DNA of 64,000 nt from Thermoanaerobaculia bacterium (lineage in GTDB: Bacteria; Acidobacteriota; Thermoanaerobaculia; UBA5066). The stretch covers positions 160,001-224,000 of the forward strand of contig JBBRRY010000002.1 of NCBI GenBank assembly GCA_038245905.1, written 5' to 3'. The translations under genes and the position numbers were made by a program. Below the pieces are notes generated by a model. The model made no database searches. It worked only from the letters and a program-made list of their open reading frames with translations, and had not been told where the DNA came from. This document shows positions 1-9,619 of this stretch, piece by piece. Within the stretch, counting starts at the first letter, position 1. Every line of letters starts with the position of its first letter.

Positions 1-231
1 TTCACGGCGATCGCGACCCTGAAGAAGAACGCGAAGACGAAGAGCATCGCGGTCGTGGGCTACTACGAGCACGTCCGCAAGGACCTTCTGGAAAAGGGCG
101 GGAAGGCCGGCTGCGACCAGGTCCTCCCCCGCGCGGCCTTCTCCCAGCACCTGGGCGACATCGTCATGAAGTACGCCCTCCCCGGCGGCGTCCGCGCCGA
201 AGAAGAAGAGAACGACCTGCCGGAGGAGTAG
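1..231 (+). CDS. Partial (3' end) response-regulator receiver-like protein
   Basis: Frame 1 is open to TAG at 229-231: ...IATLKKNAKTKSIAVVGYYEHVRKDLLEKGGKAGCDQVLPRAAF..., resembling the C-terminal half of a receiver domain. Confidence 0.55.
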   Translation, partial: FTAIATLKKNAKTKSIAVVGYYEHVRKDLLEKGGKAGCDQVLPRAAFSQHLGDIVMKYALPGGVRAEEEENDLPEE

Positions 232-268
232 CGCGCCGGGCCGGGTGATCTCAGCTATCGTTCCGCCC

Positions 269-1372
269 ATGCCGACTACACGCCGCCGCTTCCTCGAGGC
301 CGCCGCCGCGGCCTCCGTCGCCACCGTCCTGCCCTCTTCGCCCTTCGAAGAGGAACTCGAGGCGCAGAGCCCCGCCACGCCGGGAACAGCTCCCGCCGCC
401 GACGGCTACGTCCTCGTAACGTCCGCCAACGGCGTCGAGGCCGCGAAAGCTGCGCGGCAGGCGCTCATCCAGGGCTACGACCCCCTCGACGCCGCGATCG
501 CGGGCGTGAACATCAACGAGCTGGACCCGAACGACATGAGCGTCGGGTACGGCGGCGTCCCGAACGAGGAAGGCGTCGTCCAGCTCGACGCGTGCGTCAT
601 GGACGGGCGGACGATGCGCGCGGGCGCCGTCGGAGCGATGGAAGGGTGCAAGACGCCCTCGAAGCTCGCGAAGCTCGTCATGGAGCGCACCGACCGCGTC
701 TTCCTCGTCGGGGAAGGCGCGCGGAAGTTCGCGACGGCGCACGGCTATCCGGTCGAAGACCTCCTCACGGCGAAGACGCGGAAGATCTGGCTCTACTGGA
801 AAGAGCGCCTCTCGGACACGGACGACTGGATCGAGGCCGGCAAGGAAGCCGAGGACCCCGACATCAAGGAGTTCATCAAGAAGTACGGCAACGAGTACTT
901 CCGGCCGCAGGGCACGATCCACATGTCCGTCCGAAGCGCCAAGGGCGATCTCGTGGGCGTCACGACGACGTCCGGGCTCTTCTTCAAGATTCCGGGCCGA
1001 CTCGGCGACTCGCCCGTCGTCGGCGCTGGCATCTACAGCGAGAATGGCGTCGGCAGCTGCGGATCGACGGGGCGCGGCGAAGCGAACCTCGTGACCTGCG
1101 GCTCCCATACGGTCGTCGAGTTCATGCGGCAGGGGAAGAGCGTCGAAGACGCGTGCCTCCTGGCTCTCAAGCGTATCTCCGAGAAGACCCACCTCGTCCC
1201 TCGCCACCGCGACGCGCAAGGGCGGCCGAAGTTCAACGTCAACTTCTATGCGGTCGACGCGAAGGGCAAGACCGCCGGTGCCGCGATCTGGAGCGGCAAC
1301 AAGCACGTCGTGGGGAACAACGACGGGGTGAAGGTGCTGGAGTCGGCGTATCTGTACAAGCGGGATAAGTAG
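269..1372 (+). CDS. Tat-exported N(4)-(beta-N-acetylglucosaminyl)-L-asparaginase / Ntn-hydrolase
   Basis: TRRRFL twin-arginine signal; SVGYGG, QLDACVMDG, GTI nucleophile site, TTTSG, GRLGDSP and STGRGE motifs. Confidence 0.9.
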   Translation: MPTTRRRFLEAAAAASVATVLPSSPFEEELEAQSPATPGTAPAADGYVLVTSANGVEAAKAARQALIQGYDPLDAAIAGVNINELDPNDMSVGYGGVPNEEGVVQLDACVMDGRTMRAGAVGAMEGCKTPSKLAKLVMERTDRVFLVGEGARKFATAHGYPVEDLLTAKTRKIWLYWKERLSDTDDWIEAGKEAEDPDIKEFIKKYGNEYFRPQGTIHMSVRSAKGDLVGVTTTSGLFFKIPGRLGDSPVVGAGIYSENGVGSCGSTGRGEANLVTCGSHTVVEFMRQGKSVEDACLLALKRISEKTHLVPRHRDAQGRPKFNVNFYAVDAKGKTAGAAIWSGNKHVVGNNDGVKVLESAYLYKRDK

Positions 1373-1390
1373 CAGCCCGTCTGGTGTCGG

Positions 1391-2254
1391 CTAAGGTTGC
1401 GACGTCAGCCCCACCGCATCCACCACCGGCCGCTCGCGGCCGGGGATGCGATCGTGGATCGGGACGTTGACGACCTTCGGGCCTGAGCCGGTGTTCACGA
1501 CGAGCGTGGAAGACCCGCCGCCGTCGAGGTTGATCGCGTCCGTGGCGCCGAGGCCCTGGAGCATCTCCTTCAGCTCGTCCAGCGTCGCACCTTCGCTCAC
1601 GCCTTCCTGCCGCCCGTCCGCGACGAGAAGCCAGACCTTCTTCTTCGCCGCGTCCACGCCAACCGCCGTCCGCGGGTGGCGGAGTGACTTGAAGATCTTG
1701 TCCGCGAACTCCGTGTCCATCCGCTGACCCCCGAGGAGCAGCACCGGGCCGGAGGCGACGCCGTACGCCGCGCCCTTGCACTGGAATCCCTTCTCGACGC
1801 GCGCGGTGCGCCCGTCGAGGCAGAGCGCCCCGTCGATGAGCGTCGAGCCCTTCCCTTTCGCAACCGTCTTCCCCTCGAGGATCAGCCCTCCAACGACCTC
1901 GGCGCGCTCGCCCGCCCGTGGGTACTTGCCGTCGGGCACCCGGAAGAAACTCGCGTTCACGGCGAGCGAGAGCCGGTGCCGCACAGCGAGATCGCGAACA
2001 GTCGTCGCGACGAGATTCCCCTCTGCATCGCGATTGGCGACGACCATCAGCACACCCGGCGCCTCCGCGAGGTCGATCGCGACGACGTGCGCGACGAGCG
2101 GGGTCGGCAACGCCCGCGCGATCGTCCGCACTTCGACCCCCGGGATCTCCGGAGCGGGCGCCGCCGCGACTGGCGCGGCGATGCGCGACGAGGGCTCGGG
2201 CGTGCAGGAAAAGAGAGTGAGGAGCGCGGGCAGGCCCGCGTGGAGCCTCTTCAA
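1391..2254 (-). CDS. Phosphodiester glycosidase (NAGPA-like) family protein, probable lipoprotein
   Basis: AVNASFF, HPRTAVG, VADGRQ and AINLDGGGSS motifs. Probable TTG start overlaps the vapC stop; LLTLFSC is lipobox-like. Confidence 0.8.
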   Translation of the reverse strand: MKRLHAGLPALLTLFSCTPEPSSRIAAPVAAAPAPEIPGVEVRTIARALPTPLVAHVVAIDLAEAPGVLMVVANRDAEGNLVATTVRDLAVRHRLSLAVNASFFRVPDGKYPRAGERAEVVGGLILEGKTVAKGKGSTLIDGALCLDGRTARVEKGFQCKGAAYGVASGPVLLLGGQRMDTEFADKIFKSLRHPRTAVGVDAAKKKVWLLVADGRQEGVSEGATLDELKEMLQGLGATDAINLDGGGSSTLVVNTGSGPKVVNVPIHDRIPGRERPVVDAVGLTSQP

Positions 2255-2691
2255 GCGCGTGGCGACGTCGCGCCAAGCCGCGCCTGGGCGAGCACGCGAC
2301 AGAGAACGAGGCCGGGAACTCTCTCGAAATGCCGGATATTGCCCGTGACGAGCTCGAGACGGTGGCGGATCGCGGTCGCGGCGATCTGGAGATCGGCGTC
2401 CGCGAGAGGGCGGCCGCCCTTCTTCAGCCCGGCCTCGATCTCGCCGTAAACGCGCGCAACGGCCACGTCGAATGGGAGGACCGTGACCCTGGGCAACATG
2501 CGCCTCTCGATGTTCTCGAGGTGGAATCGGGCTCGCTCGGACCGAAACGCCCCCTTGTAGAGCTCCGCCGCGACGACCGCGCTCGTGAACTGGTCCTCGC
2601 GCGGCACGGTTCGAAGCCACTCGAGGTATGCAGGTGCGGGCCGCTTCCGAAGGACCTCGGAAATGGCGTCGGTGTCGAAGAGAAAGGCCAC
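2251..2691 (-). CDS. vapC: PIN-domain VapC toxin
   Basis: FLFDTDAISE, AELYKG, DLQIAATA and LVTGNIRHF PIN motifs. Confidence 0.9.
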   Translation of the reverse strand: MAFLFDTDAISEVLRKRPAPAYLEWLRTVPREDQFTSAVVAAELYKGAFRSERARFHLENIERRMLPRVTVLPFDVAVARVYGEIEAGLKKGGRPLADADLQIAATAIRHRLELVTGNIRHFERVPGLVLCRVLAQARLGATSPRA

Positions 2692-2985
2692 TCAGCTCCC
2701 GAGGCGTGGCCGCCGGCGCGGAGGAGACCTTCGGATCGCGCTCGTGTGCGCGACGAGCTCCTCAGAGCCGCTCCAACCACCCGCGACGGCCGCGAGGCCC
2801 TTTTCCGGCCCGGCGGCCCGGAGCCGGTTGACCCGCTCGGCATCCTTTGCGGGCACGACCGCCGCAACGTCCCTGCCGTGCCGCCGGATCATGACGATGG
2901 CGCCGGCCTCGGCTTCGCGGACGACCTCGGAGAAGCGTGCCTTCGCTTCGACGACGGAAACGAGACGAATCGGGTGGGCGCTCAT
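2692..2985 (-). CDS. Phd/YefM-family antitoxin paired with VapC
   Basis: VSVVEAKARFSEVVREAEAG...IRRHGRDVAAVVP; abuts vapC; AGAAAGG ribosome-binding site before the ATG. Confidence 0.85.
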   Translation of the reverse strand: MSAHPIRLVSVVEAKARFSEVVREAEAGAIVMIRRHGRDVAAVVPAKDAERVNRLRAAGPEKGLAAVAGGWSGSEELVAHTSAIRRSPPRRRPRLGS

Positions 2986-3020
2986 ATGACCTTTCTGGTC
3001 ATTATGATCTTTCAGGGCCG
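2986..3020 (-). promoter_or_regulatory. Putative operator/promoter of the phd-vapC pair
   Basis: Palindrome ATGACC-TTTCT-GGTCAT at 2986-3002, a degenerate copy 18 bp away, and CATAAT on the minus strand. Confidence 0.5.
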
Positions 3021-3062
3021 TTTCTTCAACGGAAGGCGGTGACTCCACCGCGGGCCGGGGTC

Positions 3063-3102
3063 TTGATCTGCGATCCATATTCTTGTACAGTACCCGTGTA
3101 CA
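3063..3102 (+). promoter_or_regulatory. yefM-yoeB promoter with two TGTACA operator cores
   Basis: TTGATC-17bp-TACAGT; TGTACA at 3084-3089 and 3097-3102, the core known from the E. coli yefM-yoeB operator. Confidence 0.7.
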
Positions 3103-3111
3103 TGTGACGCA

Positions 3112-3408
3112 ATGGCCATCGAAACGACCTACACACACGCCCGCGCCCACTTCGCCTCGCTCTGCGACGCGGTCATTCAGGATCGCAATTCCGTGATCAT
3201 CCGCCGGCGCGGCGCCGAGGATGTTGCGCTCGTGTCAGCGGCGGAGCTCAGGAGCCTCGAGGAAACCGCGCACCTTCTTCGGTCGCCAAAGAACGCGGCC
3301 CGGCTCCTCGCGGCCCTCAGCAGAGCGACGAGCCGCAGGTTGAAGCCCTCCTCGCCGGGTGCTCTCCGGACGAAGCTCGGCCTTCGTCCGGCGCGTCCAG
3401 GGCGTTGA
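3112..3408 (+). CDS. yefM: YefM antitoxin
   Basis: TTYTHARAHFASLCDAV...SLEETAHLLRSPKNAARL. Confidence 0.9.
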   Translation: MAIETTYTHARAHFASLCDAVIQDRNSVIIRRRGAEDVALVSAAELRSLEETAHLLRSPKNAARLLAALSRATSRRLKPSSPGALRTKLGLRPARPGR

Positions 3409-3674
3409 GCAGCGGGAAGCGACTCGCCGTCTTCCACCAGGAATTCCTGGAGGATCTTCGTTTCTGGGTGGACACGAATCGGAAGACCGCGCTGCGGGCT
3501 CTCGATCTCGTCGAAGAAATTCTCCGTGATCCCTTCGAAGGGATCGGAAAGCCGGAGCCGCTCAGACACCTCTACAAGGGGGCCTGGTCGCGCCGCCTGA
3601 CCGAGGAACACCGGCTGGTCTACCTTGTCCGGGAGGACCGCATCGACTTCCTTCAGGCGCGCTACCACTATTGA
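3405..3674 (+). CDS. yoeB: Txe/YoeB mRNA interferase toxin
   Basis: DPFEGIGKPEPL, WSRRLTEEHRLVY and C-terminal RYHY. Confidence 0.92.
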   Translation: MSSGKRLAVFHQEFLEDLRFWVDTNRKTALRALDLVEEILRDPFEGIGKPEPLRHLYKGAWSRRLTEEHRLVYLVREDRIDFLQARYHY

Positions 3675-3692
3675 GCGCGACGAAGCCGCGGG

Positions 3693-4277
<585 letters not shown>

Positions 4278-4282
4278 GGCGG

Positions 4283-4777
4283 CTACTCGCGGAAGAGGCT
4301 GTCGATGTCTTCGTCGGTGATCTCGGCGAAGGGCGAGTCGTAGCCCTCCTGGCGCCGCGTCTTCTCGCTCTCGACTTTCTTCTGGATCGTGTCGAAGATG
4401 CGCTCGAGCTCGCTGTTCGCCTTGCGCACCCGGAGGCGCACGAGGCCGAGGGACGAGCGTTCGTCGAAGATGACGACGAGGATGACCCGCTGTCCGACGA
4501 TCGAGATGTAGACGTTGTCGCGCTCACCCTCGTGGAACAGGACCGGAAATTCCTTCTCGCCGATGAGGCGCGCGAGGCCGTCCGTCGCGGCCACGTTGCC
4601 GGCCGTGAGCGAGGCGAGTGACGTCGTGTCGAGGGATTCCATGTCGCCCATGGCCGCGATCTGCTGCCCGTTTTTGTCGACGATGAAGACGACTTTCGCC
4701 TGCGCGTCCGCCTTCAGACGTCCGATGACGTCCTTGATCTGATGAAACTCCTCGTCAAACAGAATGAAATCGGACAT
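4283..4777 (-). CDS. mglB: MglB roadblock/LC7 GAP
   Basis: [23 protein letters not shown] and [10 protein letters not shown]. Confidence 0.95.
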   Translation of the reverse strand: MSDFILFDEEFHQIKDVIGRLKADAQAKVVFIVDKNGQQIAAMGDMESLDTTSLASLTAGNVAATDGLARLIGEKEFPVLFHEGERDNVYISIVGQRVILVVIFDERSSLGLVRLRVRKANSELERIFDTIQKKVESEKTRRQEGYDSPFAEITDEDIDSLFRE

Positions 4778-4804
4778 GGGCCTTCGAGGGCCAAGTCTAC
4801 CCGA

Positions 4805-5413
4805 TCAGATCTCCCGGCGGCCCGAAAGGGACCTCGAGAGGGTGACTTCGTCGGCAAACTCGAGCGCGGCGCCCACCGGCAGGCCCAGTGCGAGGCGCGT
4901 CACTCGTACGCCGAGGGGCTTGAGCCGGCGCGCGAGATAGAGGGCCGTGGACTCCCCTTCAACGTTCGGATTCGTCGCGAGGAGGACCTCGTCGACGGCT
5001 TCCCCCTCGGCGGGATGCTCGACGCGCGCGACGAGATCGGCGACGTGGAGGTCGTCCGGCCCGATGCCGCGAAGCGGCGCAAGCACCCCGGCGAGCACGT
5101 GATAGCGGCCGCGGAACTCGTGGGTCCGCTCGAGAACGTAGACGTCCGCGGCGTCCTCGACGACCGCGAGAAGCCGCCGGTCGCGCGTCGGATCCGTGCA
5201 GATGTTGCAGGGATCGGTCTCGGTGAGGGCGTGGCAGATCGAGCACGAACGCATGCGCTCCCGCGCCTCGGCGACCGCCGCCGTGAGGGCCCCGGCCTCG
5301 TGCTCGGGAGCGGCGAGGAGGTAGTACGCGAGCCGGCGTGCGCTCTTCGGCCCGATGCCGGGCAGCCTCTCGAGAGCCGCCACGAGGCGCTCGAACGCCG
5401 GAAGCGCGGCCAT
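4805..5413 (-). CDS. recR: Recombination mediator RecR
   Basis: LPGIGPKSARRLA, C4 zinc finger, TOPRIM motif ATNPNVEGESTA. Confidence 0.95.
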   Translation of the reverse strand: MAALPAFERLVAALERLPGIGPKSARRLAYYLLAAPEHEAGALTAAVAEARERMRSCSICHALTETDPCNICTDPTRDRRLLAVVEDAADVYVLERTHEFRGRYHVLAGVLAPLRGIGPDDLHVADLVARVEHPAEGEAVDEVLLATNPNVEGESTALYLARRLKPLGVRVTRLALGLPVGAALEFADEVTLSRSLSGRREI

Positions 5414-5416
5414 TCG

Positions 5417-7237
5417 TCAGCGGCCCTTCGCCCGGTCGGGGCCGCCGTCACGTTTCACGTCGGCGATCTCGCCGCCGAAGAGATCCATCATCCTCTTGAC
5501 GCGCTCGTCGGTCGCAACTTTCATCTTCAGATGCTCCCTTTCGAGGGTCTGGGGGTCTGCGTTTTCGGCAGCCGCGGTGAGATCGCCGGCCGGCGGGGAC
5601 ACGCTTTCGACGGCCACCCGGGCACCGCGCCCGAGGACGGCGACGGCGGCTTCCTCGAGGACCTTCAGCATCGCCGGCTCGGCGAGGCGCCTTTCGGCGA
5701 CGGGGCTCGGAGGATCGAGAAACACGAGAACGGTCTTCCCCTCGAAGCGGATCGACGCGTCGTCGAGGACGGCCCCGAGCTGCGAGTGTTTCTTCTCCAC
5801 GGCGGCGCGGAACGCGCCCGCGGGATCGGGCGTCGAGAGAGGCTCGGGAACGATCTCCAGCGGCGTCAGACCGACGAAGCGGGGCACGTCGGAAGAAGAG
5901 GAAGAATCTTCTGTTTCGGACGGCGACGGGTGGCGGCTTCCCGATCCGTGCTTTGCCGCAGCAGCCGCAGCGTCCGAAGGAGATTTCTTAGAAGGGGAAG
6001 AAAGAGGAGAAGAAGAACCCGGGGCTCCCTTTCCTCCTCCTCCGGTTCCCGAATTTCTCCCAGCAAGAAATTCTTCTATCGGGATGAGCCTCGGCAGCTC
6101 CGCGAGCTTCAGGAGCAGCACCTCGAAGGCGAGGGCGGGCACGTCCGAACGCCTGAGCGTGCCGTCGGATTCGGACAGGAGAGAGAGCAGCCGGAGGAGC
6201 GTAGCGTATGGCGTCGTCCGCGCGAACTCGCGGATGCGTTCGGCGCCTTCTTCCGAGAGCCCGGCGGGCGGCGGAGCGCTCGCGTCGGCCGCGAGACGGA
6301 CGGCGCCGCGCACGAGAGCCGTGAAATCGTGGAGCGTGGCGCGGGGCTCGGCGCCCGCGGCCTCCAGCTCGGCGCAGCCCTTGAAGACGGCGATGCGGTT
6401 CGAGGCCAGTACCGCGCCGAGAAGCACCACGAGTTGGGTACGGTCCGGCGTTCCGAGGAGAGCTTCCACGTCTCGCACGGCAACGCCGCTTCCGGAGCGT
6501 ACGGCGGCCTGGTCGAAGAGCGAGAGGCCGTCCCTGAGGCTGCCCGTCGCGGCCGCGGCCAGGGCGGCAAGAGCGGCGCGCTCGACGACGGGTTTCTTTC
6601 CTTTCGCCTCGCGTCCCCCGTCCACGATTTCGAAGCCTTCGCGCCCGGCAATGTCGACGAGGCGGCCCGCGACCTCGTCATCCGTGAGGCGGCGGAAGTC
6701 GAAGCGCTGACAGCGCGACAGGATCGTCGCGGGGATCTTGTGCCTCTCGGTCGTCGCGAGAATGAAGACGGCGTGAGATGGCGGCTCTTCGAGAGTCTTC
6801 AGGAGCGCCTGAAAGGCGGCCGAGGAGATCGCGTGGACCTCGTCGATGATGAAGACTTTGCGGCGGTCGCGAGACGGAGCGTACGAGACGATCTCGATGA
6901 GGTCGCGCGCCTGGTCGACCTTCCCGTGCGTGGCGCCGTCGATCTCGAGCGTGTCGAGCGACCGGCCTTCGAGGACTTCCAGGCACGACGCGCACGTGCC
7001 GCACGGCGTCGCGGTGGGACGGTCCGAGGTGTTGCAGTTGATGGCCGCGGCGAGGAGGCGCGCCGTCGTGGTCTTGCCCACGCCGCGCGGCCCCGAGAAG
7101 AGGTACGCGTGCGCCAGCCGGTCGGCCGAGACAGCATTCGTCAGGGCGCGGACGATCTCTTCCTGCCCGACGACGTCCGCAAAAGTGCGGGGCCGCCACT
7201 TGCGGGCGAGGGGGACGTAGGCCGGGGAATCGCTCAC
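5417..7237 (-). CDS. dnaX: DNA polymerase III subunit gamma/tau
   Basis: LARKWRP, GPRGVGKTT, CGTCASC, IIDEVH, LLKTLEEPP and SRCQ. GTG start at 7237; the longer ORF runs across ffs. Confidence 0.95.
   Translation of the reverse strand: MSDSPAYVPLARKWRPRTFADVVGQEEIVRALTNAVSADRLAHAYLFSGPRGVGKTTTARLLAAAINCNTSDRPTATPCGTCASCLEVLEGRSLDTLEIDGATHGKVDQARDLIEIVSYAPSRDRRKVFIIDEVHAISSAAFQALLKTLEEPPSHAVFILATTERHKIPATILSRCQRFDFRRLTDDEVAGRLVDIAGREGFEIVDGGREAKGKKPVVERAALAALAAAATGSLRDGLSLFDQAAVRSGSGVAVRDVEALLGTPDRTQLVVLLGAVLASNRIAVFKGCAELEAAGAEPRATLHDFTALVRGAVRLAADASAPPPAGLSEEGAERIREFARTTPYATLLRLLSLLSESDGTLRRSDVPALAFEVLLLKLAELPRLIPIEEFLAGRNSGTGGGGKGAPGSSSPLSSPSKKSPSDAAAAAAKHGSGSRHPSPSETEDSSSSSDVPRFVGLTPLEIVPEPLSTPDPAGAFRAAVEKKHSQLGAVLDDASIRFEGKTVLVFLDPPSPVAERRLAEPAMLKVLEEAAVAVLGRGARVAVESVSPPAGDLTAAAENADPQTLEREHLKMKVATDERVKRMMDLFGGEIADVKRDGGPDRAKGR
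5983..6002 (+). repeat. Dispersed AT-rich motif copy 1 (ATTTCTTAGAAGGGGAAGAA)
   Basis: 16 bp identical to 46349-46364; 18 of 19 positions match the reverse complement of 53166-53184. Confidence 0.75.
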
Positions 7238-7258
7238 GGTCCTCGACTGTACTCGATT

Positions 7259-7392
7259 CCCCCGAGCCCCCCGATGAGTCCGGGCTATCCGCGGCGCCCG
7301 GGCCTTTCTCCTGAGTGCTGCTTCCTTCCGGATCTGACACGGTTCGGAGGGGACCGTCGCGCGGGACCCGAACTCATCCGGGGGCCCGGGGG
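7259..7392 (-). ncRNA. ffs: SRP RNA (4.5S type)
   Basis: Minus-strand TGTCAGATCCGGAAGGAAGCAGCA domain IV motif within a long hairpin, directly upstream of dnaX. Confidence 0.9.
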
Positions 7393-7456
7393 GCCGCGAT
7401 TCTAGCAGCCGGGCCCCACTTGTGTCCGGCCGCTCGCGACGGTAAAACGCGAGGAC

Positions 7457-9604
7457 GTGACCGCACCGCCCCTCCGCGTCGTCTTCATCTGGCATTTCCA
7501 TCAGCCGTGGTACCCGACCTTCGACGGCGTGCCTCCCGCGCTCCCGTGGGTGCGCCTCCACGCGCTGAAGGACTATTACGACCTCCCCGCTCTCTTGACC
7601 GAGGAGCCCCGCGTCCACCACACGGCGAACCTCGTGCCCGCTCTCCTCGACCAGATCGACCTTCTCGCGCGCGGCGGGAGCGACGCCTTCCTCGAGATCG
7701 CCCGCACGCCGACTTCGGAATGGGACGCGGCCACCGTTCGATTCGTGCGCGGAAATTTCTTCTCCGTCCATCCGCGCATCCTCGAGCGCCATCCGCGGCT
7801 GGCCGACCTCCGGAACCGGGTGGGCGCTGGTGAAGCTCTCGGAGCGTCCGACCTCACGGATCTCGTCGTGCTCTTCCATCTCGCGTGGTCCGGGCCGACT
7901 CTGCTGAAAGACCCGCTCCTCGTCCACCTCCGAAAGCGCGGGAAAGGCTTCACGGAATCCGAGAAGAACGCCCTCCTCGACCATCAGGCCGCCTTCCTCG
8001 GCAAGGTGATTCCCGCGTGGAAGCGGGCCTTCGCGTCAGGGATCGTCGAGGCCGCGACGAGCCCCTACCATCACCCGATCCTGCCGCTGCTCCTGGACTC
8101 GAGCGCGGGCCGCGACGCGCGTCCCGACCTGCCCGTTCCAGTGCCGCGTTTTTCTCATCCCGACGACGCCCGCTCGCAGCTCTTCCTCGGGCTCGCGACG
8201 TTCGAGAAGCACTTCGGCTTTCGCCCACGCGGCATGTGGCCGCCCGAGGGCGCGCTTTCGGAAGGCACACTCGCGCTCCTCGGAGAGTCGGGCGTCTCGT
8301 GGACCGCATCGGACGAGGCCGTCCTCCTCCAGTCCCTGCCGGCCGGCAGGCTCGATTTCGGCGAAGGCGACCGCGCGCGCACCGTGTTCCGGCCGTGGCG
8401 TCTCTCGGGCGTCCCGTCGCCGGACATCTTTTTCCGCGACCGGATTCTTTCGGACCGGATCGGCTTCTCGTACGCGACGTGGGATCCAGCCGACGCCGCC
8501 GCCGACTTCGTGGCGCGCCTGTTTTCGATCCGCGCCGCCGCGCCCGAGGCCGAGCTCGTCGTGCCCGTGATTCTCGACGGCGAGAACGCCTGGGAATCCT
8601 ATCCCGATAACGGCGCCCCGTTCCTGCGCGCGCTCGGCTCGGCGCTGGCCTCTCGACAAGACCTCGAAGTCGTCACGCCGTCCGAGGCGCTCGCGCGCCT
8701 CACCGCGCCGCCCGGACACCTCGAGCGCGTCGTCGCGGGCTCGTGGGTGGAGGGAACGCTCGCGACCTGGGTCGGCGCGGCGCCGAAGAACAGGGCGTGG
8801 AGCCTCCTCCACGACGCGCGCGAGGCGCTCGGCGGAGAGATCGCGGCCGCTCCAGTTCTGTCGCCCGCGGACGTACTCGCGGGCGACGCGTCGCCCGCGG
8901 TGGCAAAGGCCGCTCTGTTCGCGGCGGAAGCTTCCGATTGGTTCTGGTGGCTGGGCGACGACCACTCGTCGGCACACGACCTCGTGTTCGACGCGCTGTT
9001 CCGCCGGCATCTCGCCGATGCGTACCGCGCGCTCCATCGCCCGGTTCCGTCCGAGCTCCTCGAGCCCGTGGACCCGGTGCACGCGCCCCTCGTCGATGCG
9101 CCGCAACTGCCTCTCGGGCCGCGCGTGGACGGCGAGCCCGGGGATGCGGGCTGGAGCGGCGCGGGTCGCATCCAGGGGGGAAGCCGCGGAACGATGCAGC
9201 GCAGCGCCGGCCTCGTGAAGGAGCTCCTCTTCGGGGCTTCGGCCTCTGGAGACACCCTGTTCCTGCGCGCCGAGTCGGAAGGCGACGCCTCGAGCTTCCA
9301 CGGACGGACCCTCCGCGTCGAGTTCCTCCCGGGCCGGGACCAGGCGCCCGTCGCGGCGAACCTGCCGCTCCTTCCCGGCGTGACGGGCGAAGGCGACTTG
9401 AAGATCGCGCTCGGCGAGGTGCTCGACGTGCGCCTCCCGTGCCCGCGGGGCGCCCAGGGCGCGATCGCGTTCCGGATTTCGATCCTCGACGCGAGCGGAC
9501 GGCTGATGGAGACCATCCCCGAGGATGGATGGGTGAGATTCCGCCCGCCCGGACCCGCGTCTTCTCCGGGAAGCGTGCGACGAGCCGCGCAAACACCGGC
9601 GTAG
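7457..9604 (+). CDS. GH57 glycoside hydrolase (amylopullulanase/glucanotransferase type)
   Basis: WHFHQP, PYHHPILPLL, GMWPPEG, ILDGENAW and AEASDWFWW motifs. Confidence 0.88.
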   Translation: MTAPPLRVVFIWHFHQPWYPTFDGVPPALPWVRLHALKDYYDLPALLTEEPRVHHTANLVPALLDQIDLLARGGSDAFLEIARTPTSEWDAATVRFVRGNFFSVHPRILERHPRLADLRNRVGAGEALGASDLTDLVVLFHLAWSGPTLLKDPLLVHLRKRGKGFTESEKNALLDHQAAFLGKVIPAWKRAFASGIVEAATSPYHHPILPLLLDSSAGRDARPDLPVPVPRFSHPDDARSQLFLGLATFEKHFGFRPRGMWPPEGALSEGTLALLGESGVSWTASDEAVLLQSLPAGRLDFGEGDRARTVFRPWRLSGVPSPDIFFRDRILSDRIGFSYATWDPADAAADFVARLFSIRAAAPEAELVVPVILDGENAWESYPDNGAPFLRALGSALASRQDLEVVTPSEALARLTAPPGHLERVVAGSWVEGTLATWVGAAPKNRAWSLLHDAREALGGEIAAAPVLSPADVLAGDASPAVAKAALFAAEASDWFWWLGDDHSSAHDLVFDALFRRHLADAYRALHRPVPSELLEPVDPVHAPLVDAPQLPLGPRVDGEPGDAGWSGAGRIQGGSRGTMQRSAGLVKELLFGASASGDTLFLRAESEGDASSFHGRTLRVEFLPGRDQAPVAANLPLLPGVTGEGDLKIALGEVLDVRLPCPRGAQGAIAFRISILDASGRLMETIPEDGWVRFRPPGPASSPGSVRRAAQTPA

Positions 9605-9619
9605 AATCGCCGCCCTTCC

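Noticed and set aside
5890-6080. Programmed frameshift producing DnaX gamma
   Set aside because: No AAAAAAG heptamer or long homopolymer on the coding strand at the expected position.
4742-7405. Long alternative ORFs (e.g. 4742-7405+, 8743-11448+, 28035-31130+, 27862-30360-, 45958-48105+)
   Set aside because: Antisense or off-frame shadows of well-supported genes; Arg/Gly/Pro-rich with no motifs, as expected at high GC.
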